Part shown: piece by piece, positions 9,347 through 17,676 of the stretch
Layout of the letters: every line of letters starts with the position of its first letter
Numbering within the stretch: the first letter of the stretch is position 1
NCBI GenBank assembly: GCA_049423385.1
Contig: JBMSQQ010000050.1
Location: forward strand, 1 to 25,929
DNA: 25,929 nucleotides
Source of the DNA: Silvanigrellaceae bacterium
Lineage (GTDB): Bacteria; Bdellovibrionota_B; Oligoflexia; Silvanigrellales; Silvanigrellaceae
Direction of reading: 5' to 3'
The notes under the pieces: model-generated
Databases searched by the model: none
Seen by the model: only the letters and a program-made list of their open reading frames with translations
What the model was told of the DNA's origin: nothing
Program-made: the position numbers and the translations under genes

Positions 9347-11599
9347 ATGAAACCAATTTGTTTGTATTTATCCGGAGTTTTGCCAGTCTTGTTTTTGAAT
9401 TCCTGCGCACCAGGGAAGGCTGGCGGCAGCGGAGGGATTGGGTGTTCGAAGACTTCGAGTGTCGTTAAAACTCCGCAAATTCGCACCATCGAAGAGATCA
9501 CCACCGAACCGTCCGCTGCGACCCTCCGTGAGCGATTCCTGAAATTTTTCGGTTCGGAAGATCCTCATTTCACGAGTTCAAGTGGTTCCATCGTGCAGAG
9601 TTCAACCGGGGGTTTGAAGACCACCGGTGGGTATCTCTACATCAAATCCCGTGCCAGCTCGGATCCCCTCGGCCCTGTTGTGCAAGACAAACTCAGCCGA
9701 TGCAGCGTCCTGGTGGAATTTCCGAAAAACACAGCGCAGGTCAATCGGCCCGGATCGGGCTCAAATCCTTTTCCAAACACCACTTCAGCAATCGAAGCAT
9801 ACCGCTTTCCCTCCGAATCGGATGAACTGAAAATCCGTGTCTATACCGCTGCCCATTGCCTCGATTTTTCGGTGAACGAAACCCTGACTTTGTCGATTTT
9901 CAATCTCGACAAACCAGGACTCCCTGAGCCATCGCTGGCCTACGTGAATCTGGATGTTGAAGCTGAAGAGCTGCTTGCCGTGAAGAATCTTCGAAAGGAA
10001 ATTGAGAACAAGATTCAAGCCGGAGTCGTCACGAACAGCGAAGGTACAAGCATTCTGAGCGCCTTTCGGCCTCCAGCTCGCAATCTCGAGAAAATCTTTG
10101 GAACGGACTCATCCACTCCCAGGGGGAAGTGCAACTTCAAACCCGCGACTGTGGATGACAACACGGAGCAATATTCGTGCGCGACGTATCATGATCTTGC
10201 CGTTTTGGATTTGACGATAAACGAAACACTGACCACGGAAAAAACATCCGTGCTCAAAAACATCCGCAGCAAATGGGTGCAAAATGCAAAGGCAGAAGAG
10301 AACAAGGGACTGTGGGTGGAATATGTGAAGCCGCCTTTCAACATGGGTCAACCCAACATGCTCCGCCTTTTCGTAGACAATGTACTTTCTTCCAGCGTCG
10401 ATTCAACCCTTCAATCTGACGCAGCCAAGGGAACGGGAACTTGCGTCGCTTTTCCGGAGTACAGCACTCTGCAATCGTGCACCAATCTTTCAGCTGACCC
10501 TCAAATTTGCCCGATGCAGTCTTCAAAATTGGCGCTGTTCCATCCCACAATCGCCAATTGCGTCGAGGTTCCGCTCGACAGCCCCGAAAACCTGCAATAC
10601 GTGCGGCATCTCTCACGCTACGAAATGCGAAACTTTTCCAGACACAACATGGTTGGAAACATTCGGGAACTGACGACAGGCTTGTCATCAAATCTTCTTA
10701 ACCTCCACCTGTGCAGCAACAGCACCGCCATCTGTTCACTCACGGGAGCCATCAATTCGGCTTTGGACAAGGTCGTTCCCGGACTCACACTCACCAAGGT
10801 CAACAGCGATTTTCAAGCTGACTATCAGACCGCAACCAAACGGGTGGATGCCGGCCTCAACATTTGGAATCCATTCTTCGCCGTTGCAAATAGCATCGAT
10901 ATCGATGCACAAAATCAGACATTCAACGGTGGCATGACATTTGATAAAAGTATCCTCAAGGAAATGATCAACCCTGTGGACTTTCTCAAGCTGCATTCCA
11001 ACTTCATTGTCGTGGATGAGGCTGTGACCCAGATTCCGGATGCGACAGACACGACAACTCATCGGGCTTTCATGATGATGCCCATGGCAAGTATCGTGGG
11101 ACTCGAAGAAATGCTATTCTCGGCGTCACCCTCCACCAAGCCGATCGCGATTGAAAACTGGAGCGATTCGACGGCTGGAAGCGGCTTTGGAAAATTCCTC
11201 AGACTGTTCGTGAAACAATCCACGCTCAATTCATTTTTCACATCGGGCCTCGGCGATTTTACCCCTCCTTCGCCTCCACCAGGGGTAAGCCTGCCGCCCA
11301 TGAGCACTATCTTTGTCGGAGCCAATGACACCGTTTTAAACCAACCATTGCCCACCAAAGTGACCCTCCAAAAAGGCGACAGCGGCTCGATTTTCACTCT
11401 CGACGGCATTCCAATGTTTGCATTGTCGACAGTGAACGGTGAGCCGACTTCGGGTGGTGCTGCCGTAAGTGCAATCCCTGTCGCTGGTGCAGACACGGAC
11501 GACACTCCCCCCGGAGGTAGTGTTGCCGACAATGGTGGAACCGATGGCCAGCCGGTTGCGAGCGTTGGTGGCAAGGGCGGCGGTGCTGTCTGCAAATAA
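9347..11599 (+). CDS. Large lipoprotein, putative trypsin-like (S1/PA clan) serine protease with large insertions
   Basis: Lipobox-like FLNSC. YTAAHC (His170), HDLAVL (Asp283) and KGDSGS (Ser679) occur in canonical order. Gly/Pro-rich termini. Confidence 0.7.
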   Translation: MKPICLYLSGVLPVLFLNSCAPGKAGGSGGIGCSKTSSVVKTPQIRTIEEITTEPSAATLRERFLKFFGSEDPHFTSSSGSIVQSSTGGLKTTGGYLYIKSRASSDPLGPVVQDKLSRCSVLVEFPKNTAQVNRPGSGSNPFPNTTSAIEAYRFPSESDELKIRVYTAAHCLDFSVNETLTLSIFNLDKPGLPEPSLAYVNLDVEAEELLAVKNLRKEIENKIQAGVVTNSEGTSILSAFRPPARNLEKIFGTDSSTPRGKCNFKPATVDDNTEQYSCATYHDLAVLDLTINETLTTEKTSVLKNIRSKWVQNAKAEENKGLWVEYVKPPFNMGQPNMLRLFVDNVLSSSVDSTLQSDAAKGTGTCVAFPEYSTLQSCTNLSADPQICPMQSSKLALFHPTIANCVEVPLDSPENLQYVRHLSRYEMRNFSRHNMVGNIRELTTGLSSNLLNLHLCSNSTAICSLTGAINSALDKVVPGLTLTKVNSDFQADYQTATKRVDAGLNIWNPFFAVANSIDIDAQNQTFNGGMTFDKSILKEMINPVDFLKLHSNFIVVDEAVTQIPDATDTTTHRAFMMMPMASIVGLEEMLFSASPSTKPIAIENWSDSTAGSGFGKFLRLFVKQSTLNSFFTSGLGDFTPPSPPPGVSLPPMSTIFVGANDTVLNQPLPTKVTLQKGDSGSIFTLDGIPMFALSTVNGEPTSGGAAVSAIPVAGADTDDTPPGGSVADNGGTDGQPVASVGGKGGGAVCK

Positions 11600-11804
11600 T
11601 CCCTTGAACCCCGGCCAGCAGAAATCTACCGCTTGAATCGTTCACATGCCCCCGACTTGGGCTTTTTCATGACGATTTTATTGATCTTTTTAATACCCTG
11701 AATGATGTTTTTTGTTGCCTTCCCTGGCGAGTTGATCCTACGACCTTGGGCTGATGTGGCTTGGAGTTCCATGGCTACAGCATTCCACGGCGGAGAATTC
11801 GAAC

Positions 11805-13403
11805 ATGCTCAGACGAGACTTTTTCAAATCCCTCGGAATCGGTTCACTCGGCTACTCCATACTCAACTCGCAAAGAGCGCAGGCGTTCCCTCAACCTCCG
11901 CGCGTCATTTCACCACGCAACCCCAATGCCAAACGTCAGTTGGCCCGTGGCGAAGAAAAATCGGTCCTCGTCATCGGTGCGGGACTGGCGGGACTTTCCG
12001 CTGCCCTGGAATTGGCTGAGCGCAAATACAAGGTCACCGTCCGAGATGCGATGCCCATTGTGGGTGGAAAACTCGCCGTCCGCCAGGAAACCAATGCAGC
12101 TGGCACGTTCTGGGTGGAGCACGGCCTGCACATGTGGTTCGAGAACTACCACGTGCTGCGCAACATCCGCGATCGTTTGGGTGTGAACGGCAATTTCCGC
12201 CCCTATAATTCGGTTGAATTCAAATTCAAGGACTATGAAAAAGAAGTCATCAAAAGCGAGCCGCCGATTTATCCGCTCAATCTGATGAACATTCTCAAGA
12301 ATTCGCCGAACATGAATTTTCTCGATGCTGCCGGAACACTCAACACCATTCGAGAAGTTTTGTACTTCAACCACAAGATGAACTACATCCGACTGGATGA
12401 CATCACTTTTGCGGACTTGGCGAAACAAAGAAAAGTGAACAAGAAATTCTATGACATCGTCATGGAACCTGCTGCATCCGTGACCCTGAATGATCCCAAC
12501 ACGATCAGCGCTGCGGAAATGTGCCTCTACATGCATCTTTACTTCTTGAGCCATCCAAAGGCATTCAACCGCGAGGTGACCACCACCGACCACTACAACG
12601 GCCTTTTGCGCCCATGGGTCGAACGATTGAAGTCCTTTGGTACCCGTATTGAATTGTCGAAACCGGTTTCGGGACTCGACTTTTACGAAGACCGTGCGCG
12701 TGGCGTTGTCGGGGAATCGCAAAAATACGATTACGTGATTCTCGCCACCGATGTTGGAGCGACGAAGAAAATCATCTCTGCATCCGAAGCGCACGACGAC
12801 ACTGCAGAAGCTCTTTTGAACAAGTTGAAGTCAACGGTTGAGCCACTCAAGATTGCACCCCCATACAAGGTGCTCCGTGTGTGGTTCGACAAGAAACCCA
12901 GCGACGAAATTCCAGATTGTCTTGAAACACCCCAACACAGGCCCATCAACCTTTTGGCCCGCTTCGAACTTCTCGAAGAAGAGTCCCGCAAGTGGTCCGA
13001 TAAAACAGGTGGTTCCATCATTGAATTCCACCTTTACACAACACCGGAATTGGTTGGCCTGAAAGATGACGAAGTATGGCCCGCCATTCGCAACACTGTT
13101 CTGGATATCATGCCCGAAATGGCGGATGCCAACGTCATTGCAAGCAGTGTCGGCAGCTACCACAATTTCACATCGTTTGAATGCGGTCAGGGCACGGTTC
13201 GTCCAGCATCCACGGAGCCCCAATCCTTGGGAATCAACAACCTGTCTTTCGCGGGTGACTGGCTCAAGACAGAATATCCTTCAGCGCTCATGGAACGCGC
13301 GGTCTGCACGGGACGCGAGGCCGCCAACAGCATTTGCTTTGCAGACGGCGTTCGCGAAGAAGGAATGGTTGTGACAAATGATTATGGGCCGGGACTGATC
13401 TGA
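11805..13403 (+). CDS. Tat-signal FAD-dependent oxidoreductase, amine oxidase/carotenoid desaturase superfamily (CrtU/isorenieratene synthase-like)
   Basis: ATG 11805 after GGAGA. MLRRDFFK twin-arginine motif with AQA cleavage site. VIGAGLAGLSAA dinucleotide-binding motif, GGK, VEHGLHMWF, FAGDW and ALMERAVCTG. Confidence 0.8.
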   Translation: MLRRDFFKSLGIGSLGYSILNSQRAQAFPQPPRVISPRNPNAKRQLARGEEKSVLVIGAGLAGLSAALELAERKYKVTVRDAMPIVGGKLAVRQETNAAGTFWVEHGLHMWFENYHVLRNIRDRLGVNGNFRPYNSVEFKFKDYEKEVIKSEPPIYPLNLMNILKNSPNMNFLDAAGTLNTIREVLYFNHKMNYIRLDDITFADLAKQRKVNKKFYDIVMEPAASVTLNDPNTISAAEMCLYMHLYFLSHPKAFNREVTTTDHYNGLLRPWVERLKSFGTRIELSKPVSGLDFYEDRARGVVGESQKYDYVILATDVGATKKIISASEAHDDTAEALLNKLKSTVEPLKIAPPYKVLRVWFDKKPSDEIPDCLETPQHRPINLLARFELLEEESRKWSDKTGGSIIEFHLYTTPELVGLKDDEVWPAIRNTVLDIMPEMADANVIASSVGSYHNFTSFECGQGTVRPASTEPQSLGINNLSFAGDWLKTEYPSALMERAVCTGREAANSICFADGVREEGMVVTNDYGPGLI

Positions 13404-13465
13404 TCATTGAACAGATTTGGCCTTTCGACCGGCATCGTCGAGTTTCTCGATTCCAGAGGCAATAA

Positions 13466-15166
13466 TCAGAGAGTCTGCAAAAACTGAACAAGACTCAGCA
13501 CATCTTCTCGCGAAAATCTCGACTGGCCATCTTTTGCGAAAATCCCTTCGTCATGACCTTGGTTGCCCATGCCCTTTCGGCGTGTGTCGTAAAATCCCCA
13601 CCGGTTTTTCGCCCAAGCCTTGGGAGCTTTTTCTCCAATCGGATATCCGTTGCAGGTGGAATCGAAATCGGTGGAAGTCGACTCTGCTTCACCCACATTC
13701 CATGCCACAGGCCTCTGGGACGATGGCATCAACAAGGCACACAACGACGGAACCGAATTGTTGTGCAAATATGGCCAGCGCGCCCAAATACCCACCAGAG
13801 GCGGCGGCACGTACCCTTTCTGAACCTTCACGACGATACCATGCTTCTTTGAAACATCGAGGCTGTTGAGCGGCTCTGCGAGAGCATTCATGCCCTCAGC
13901 CCGCAGCGCGTCGGTACCAACGTTCACCACAGGAGTATTGGCATGATAGGTGACGCTGATGGTCTTCAACAGTTCACGCTGGCTCATTGAGGCAGCATTC
14001 GAACTTTCGAAACCCTTGATGTACTGGCCATGACAAAACGAACAATTTTCGTTGAACAACTTCTGGCCGCGGCGAACCTTGTTCAAATCAAAATGAGACT
14101 CCGGAAAAAAATCGAGGAACTCCGGGGCCTGCGACGAAAAAACAGCCGCTGTGAGATCTCGAACGACCGACTCGTTGCTTTCCAACCAGCGTGTCAGTTG
14201 CCCGAGGTCTGTTCCCCGGCCGATTTCATTCCAGAGAATATTTGTAAAAATGGGATTACCGGCAACCACTGAACCATCGAGCAGCCACTTGTTTTTGTAT
14301 TTCACGTTCCACCAGACCGCAGGCTTGCTGTCTGCAGGTTGATGCTTCAGCAACGAATCACGCGGAAATGAACGTGACTGCGGAGTTTTGGATGCCTCAC
14401 CATCATTTTCGCGACGACTCAGGCTGAGCGCCACATGTGCCAGCGAGGTGTCCAGTCCACGCACGAGTGGCTTTCTGCCATCGATGTATTGCGCGTTTTC
14501 ACGCAAGCGCCGATACATTTCCATCTCTTTTTCGGTGGCACCCAATCCCTGCTTGAAAAAGACTGGCGGAACAATCGTCGTGGCGGTGCGGCCCAGCAGG
14601 AAAAATTCATTGGCTCTTGGAAAGCGATTGTTGAGCCCAATCACCTTGCGACCAAACAAGTTGCCGGCATGACATGTTGCACAGCTGAAGGTGATGGCTG
14701 GCCCCTCGGGAGCATCTATGAAACTGGTCCCCATTTTGAACCAGGGTTTCTTCCCCTCAGGCATTGGAACAAAATAGGCGCCTTCGCCCTGTGTTTCTGG
14801 ATAATCGACAAGACCAACCATTCTTTCCACGTCGGAGAAGGATTGGAAGTTGAGCGTCTTCTTGAATGCGTTCTGCAACAAGGTGAGCAACGGATTGGTT
14901 TGACTGCTGGGCTTGAAAAAACGCAGTGCAGCATCACGTGGCAGAGCCTCTCCCGTGATTTCAACCGGATAATCGAGGGCGTACTGTTTTCCCCTCAGCG
15001 CAGCTTCTGCCAGTTCAGAGTTGCTCAATTCCAACGGATTGTTTCGACCTTGAGGCGAAATCGCTTCGTCCTGGACCCAACTTGCCGCGAGTGCAAAGCT
15101 TGTCATGCCAGATGCGACACAGAATGAAATCGTGGACAATCTCTTCTTGAATCGAAAACGTCTCAT
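13466..15166 (-). CDS. Secreted di-heme cytochrome c, RoxA/MauG-like
   Basis: Signal peptide. Two CxxCH motifs: CATCH (about 14669-14683) and CSFCH (about 14030-14044). KPAVWWN, VGTDALR, GYVPPPLVGIWARWPYLHNNSVPSL and GMGNQGH motifs. Confidence 0.82.
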   Translation of the reverse strand: MRRFRFKKRLSTISFCVASGMTSFALAASWVQDEAISPQGRNNPLELSNSELAEAALRGKQYALDYPVEITGEALPRDAALRFFKPSSQTNPLLTLLQNAFKKTLNFQSFSDVERMVGLVDYPETQGEGAYFVPMPEGKKPWFKMGTSFIDAPEGPAITFSCATCHAGNLFGRKVIGLNNRFPRANEFFLLGRTATTIVPPVFFKQGLGATEKEMEMYRRLRENAQYIDGRKPLVRGLDTSLAHVALSLSRRENDGEASKTPQSRSFPRDSLLKHQPADSKPAVWWNVKYKNKWLLDGSVVAGNPIFTNILWNEIGRGTDLGQLTRWLESNESVVRDLTAAVFSSQAPEFLDFFPESHFDLNKVRRGQKLFNENCSFCHGQYIKGFESSNAASMSQRELLKTISVTYHANTPVVNVGTDALRAEGMNALAEPLNSLDVSKKHGIVVKVQKGYVPPPLVGIWARWPYLHNNSVPSLCALLMPSSQRPVAWNVGEAESTSTDFDSTCNGYPIGEKAPKAWAKNRWGFYDTRRKGMGNQGHDEGIFAKDGQSRFSREDVLSLVQFLQTL

Positions 15167-15193
15167 TCGCAGGTCTCCAGGGCCTCAGACAAC

Positions 15194-15221
15194 AAAAATG
15201 GGACCGCTCAGCACGGTCCCA
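15194..15221 (-). terminator. Rho-independent terminator downstream of the MepA-like gene
   Basis: On the minus strand: TGGGACCG-tgctgag-CGGTCCCA (8-bp perfect stem) followed by TTTTTGTT, about 40 nt after the stop at 15264. Confidence 0.8.
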
Positions 15222-15263
15222 AACAGTAGAAAGGAACTCTACAAAACCTGTGGGTCTGCGGGA

Positions 15264-16022
15264 TTAGCGATGCCAATTCACATGCAAGTGATTGTCATGG
15301 CCAGATGCGCTTCCCACAAAGCCCGGGTATTTGCTCTGAACCGAGTAATCGTTGAACAACATACTCGTCGCACCGCCCATGTTCAATATCTCGCCGATCA
15401 CGGCAGACTGGGCACTGCGCAAATAACAGCCTTCCCAGATCGTGTAGCAGCTCACAGTCGGTGTGTTGCCCATGATGGCAATATCGACCTCGATACCATC
15501 ATAATGGCCTGCATGTCGGCCGGAGTTGCCTCCAGCAGCATTCGACAAATCTCCCACGTAGAGCTTGTATCCAGTCTTGTTGTAGACCCTGATGGCAAGT
15601 TCTTTGATGCGTGCAATCATCTTGGGTTGTCCATATCGCATGGATTCAACATCGAAGGTTTCATACCCATAGCCACTTGCAGGAAGCTTCACCAATCCGC
15701 CTGAGCCATTCGAAGGATTGAAGGGACCACTGTGAACTTCGCTGTTGCAAAATTTCTGATAGCAAGTGGTGCCACCCTTGTTGTCCAGGCATTTGCTGAG
15801 TGTTTCCATGGCGCAGAAATTTTCACTCGGTTTGAATCCGCAGCGGGAAAAACACGAAAGGCCACCGCGGGCGTCGGTACAGTCGGAAATATCCTTGACC
15901 GTGCATTTGGCCTCGCCGGTATCCACGGCCATGAAGCCTGCAGAATTTCGATTGCCTTGATTTGCAGTGCAGGCCACAACCGACGCAAATGAGACAAACA
16001 ACGTTGCCAACAAGCTTTTCAT
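15264..16022 (-). CDS. Lipoprotein with a Cys-rich tandem repeat and a C-terminal MepA-like (LAS-type Zn) murein endopeptidase domain
   Basis: ATG 16022 gives MKSLL...VVAC lipobox. RYGQP, VGDLSNAAGG, HAGHYDGIEVDI (H-x6-D) and HDNHLHV (HxH) match the MepA zinc-ligand pattern. Confidence 0.8.
   Translation of the reverse strand: MKSLLATLFVSFASVVACTANQGNRNSAGFMAVDTGEAKCTVKDISDCTDARGGLSCFSRCGFKPSENFCAMETLSKCLDNKGGTTCYQKFCNSEVHSGPFNPSNGSGGLVKLPASGYGYETFDVESMRYGQPKMIARIKELAIRVYNKTGYKLYVGDLSNAAGGNSGRHAGHYDGIEVDIAIMGNTPTVSCYTIWEGCYLRSAQSAVIGEILNMGGATSMLFNDYSVQSKYPGFVGSASGHDNHLHVNWHR
15747..15905 (-). repeat. Two protein-level Cys-rich repeats, C-x7-C-x4-GG-x2-C-x3/4-C
   Basis: CTVKDISDCTDARGGLSCFSRC and CAMETLSKCLDNKGGTTCYQKFC. 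Confidence 0.75.
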
Positions 16023-16203
16023 AAACCACCCACAATTCTTGAAAGCGAATGAACAGGACACCCGCATGGGCAAGACGAAGCAGAAGTCGTGCCAAGAATA
16101 ATGCCGAATTTCATGGGGCTTTTTGACTTTCAGGGCTGACCAAGGATTGGACAGTCGCAAATTCTTTACGGTATCATCCTGAAAGATCAGCCGGAGTTGC
16201 ATC

Positions 16204-17097
16204 TTGGTTCAAAAGCAGAACATTCCCATTGAACTCATCCCAACCTTCCTCCTGCTTGCGGAGGAACTCAATATTTCCAAATGCGCCAAGAGGCTTGGGC
16301 TTTCGCAGCCTGCATTGACCCGTCAGCTTCAGACACTCGAGGAAAGTTTCGGCACACAGTTGTTCATCCGACAAAGTCGAGGACTGGCCCTGACGCAGAC
16401 CGGTCGCTCTTTAAAGAAAGAGATCCTTCCGGGCTACGAAAACCTTGTGAATGCCCTGACCCGTGTTCAAAAAACCAATGCCGAACTCGACGGTGCACTC
16501 ACATTTGGATGCTTTTCGGAGATTGGTACCCACCTGATTGCCCCTGCGCTCTTCGAGTTCGCCAAGACTCACCCTCAAGTTCAACTCGACATCAGATATC
16601 TCTCCGAGGCTGAAATCATCGCTGCGGTCAGCAATGGGCAACTCCACTTGGGAACGGCGAGCCGAGCCCCCGACGCCGAGTCGGTGCGCTCCTACAAACT
16701 CGTCGAGGAGAAGGTTCAGATTGTAACTGCTCGTGGCAATCCTGATCTTGAAAAAAATCCGAAAGCCAGATTTGCCGGATATCGTGCCAACGATCGCCTG
16801 CTTCAAGCATTCCTCAAGACCCACTTCCCAGGCCGCTTCCGTGAAGGTCCGAATATCGCAGTTTCGGTCAACTCACATCAAGCCATGCTGGATGCCGTCA
16901 TCAAGCTTGAACTCTACGCCGCTCTTCCCGAGCACAGCATCACGGCTGCTCTTCGGGATGGAAAAATTCGCCTTGCGACCGCAAAGGAATGCAAAAACCA
17001 AGTCCACATCATCATGCCCGATTCCGAATTCCCAGACCGAAAAACTCTAGAGGTCGTCAAGTTCCTCCGGAAAAAATTCAAATCACTTGAGGGTTGA
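16204..17097 (+). CDS. LysR-family transcriptional regulator
   Basis: N-terminal HTH NISKCAKRLGLSQPALTRQLQTLEESFGTQLFIRQSRGLALTQTG, about 297 aa, with a substrate-binding domain. TTG start is uncertain. Confidence 0.95.
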   Translation: MVQKQNIPIELIPTFLLLAEELNISKCAKRLGLSQPALTRQLQTLEESFGTQLFIRQSRGLALTQTGRSLKKEILPGYENLVNALTRVQKTNAELDGALTFGCFSEIGTHLIAPALFEFAKTHPQVQLDIRYLSEAEIIAAVSNGQLHLGTASRAPDAESVRSYKLVEEKVQIVTARGNPDLEKNPKARFAGYRANDRLLQAFLKTHFPGRFREGPNIAVSVNSHQAMLDAVIKLELYAALPEHSITAALRDGKIRLATAKECKNQVHIIMPDSEFPDRKTLEVVKFLRKKFKSLEG

Positions 17098-17102
17098 GGT
17101 TT

Positions 17103-17645
17103 ATGTTCAAGGTGAAGTCTCTTTTGAACCTGGGGCCAAGTGCAGAAAAGGGACGCATCTGGAAGGGTGTGGAAAAGATATTTTTCGAATCTTCCTCGAA
17201 AAAAACTTTTTCATCACCCGAAGAAAGAGAGGTTTTCCGCTTCAAATATCTTGATTGGTACGCAAAGCATCATCCGGAATGCTTTTTCATTGCAATTGAA
17301 GACAACACTGACGCTCTAGGATACATCTGCGGAGTAGTCGACACTCGCACCCCTGAAGACCTCACGCTTTTGCATCCATGGTTTGCGCTCTTTGCCGATT
17401 GCTTCGAAAATTTCCCGTCACATTTGCATATCAACTGCGGCGAAACATCCCGGGGGCAAGGACTCGGAAGCACGCTCCTGAGCGTCTTTGAAAATCATAT
17501 GAAGTCCCAAAATGCGGCGGGTATTCATCTCGTCACATCACCAGGCGCCCGCAATGTTGGCTTTTACGACAAAAATGGCTATAAATTCACCAAAACAAGC
17601 GAATGGAAAGGGACGACGATGCTCTTGATGGGCAAATCCCTCTGA
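17103..17645 (+). CDS. GNAT-family N-acetyltransferase
   Basis: GYICG, FPSHLHIN, acetyl-CoA motif SRGQGLGSTLL, GIHL and NVGFYDKNGY. ATG 17103 after GAGGT. Confidence 0.88.
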   Translation: MFKVKSLLNLGPSAEKGRIWKGVEKIFFESSSKKTFSSPEEREVFRFKYLDWYAKHHPECFFIAIEDNTDALGYICGVVDTRTPEDLTLLHPWFALFADCFENFPSHLHINCGETSRGQGLGSTLLSVFENHMKSQNAAGIHLVTSPGARNVGFYDKNGYKFTKTSEWKGTTMLLMGKSL

Positions 17646-17676
17646 ATTCAGCGAACTTGAAGAACGGGAACAAAAA

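Noticed and set aside
11600..11804. 205-nt intergenic region as a possible riboswitch or sRNA, and the 105-aa ORF at 11702
   Set aside because: No recognisable aptamer consensus or strong stems. The ORF overlaps the real gene out of frame.
11910..12794. 294-aa minus-strand ORF
   Set aside because: Shadow of the FAD oxidoreductase; no independent evidence.
16023..16202. 60-aa N-terminal extension of the MepA-like ORF, and a possible LysR T-N11-A box in this region
   Set aside because: The extension would leave no room for divergent promoters and would bury the lipoprotein signal. I could not pick out a convincing palindromic LysR box.
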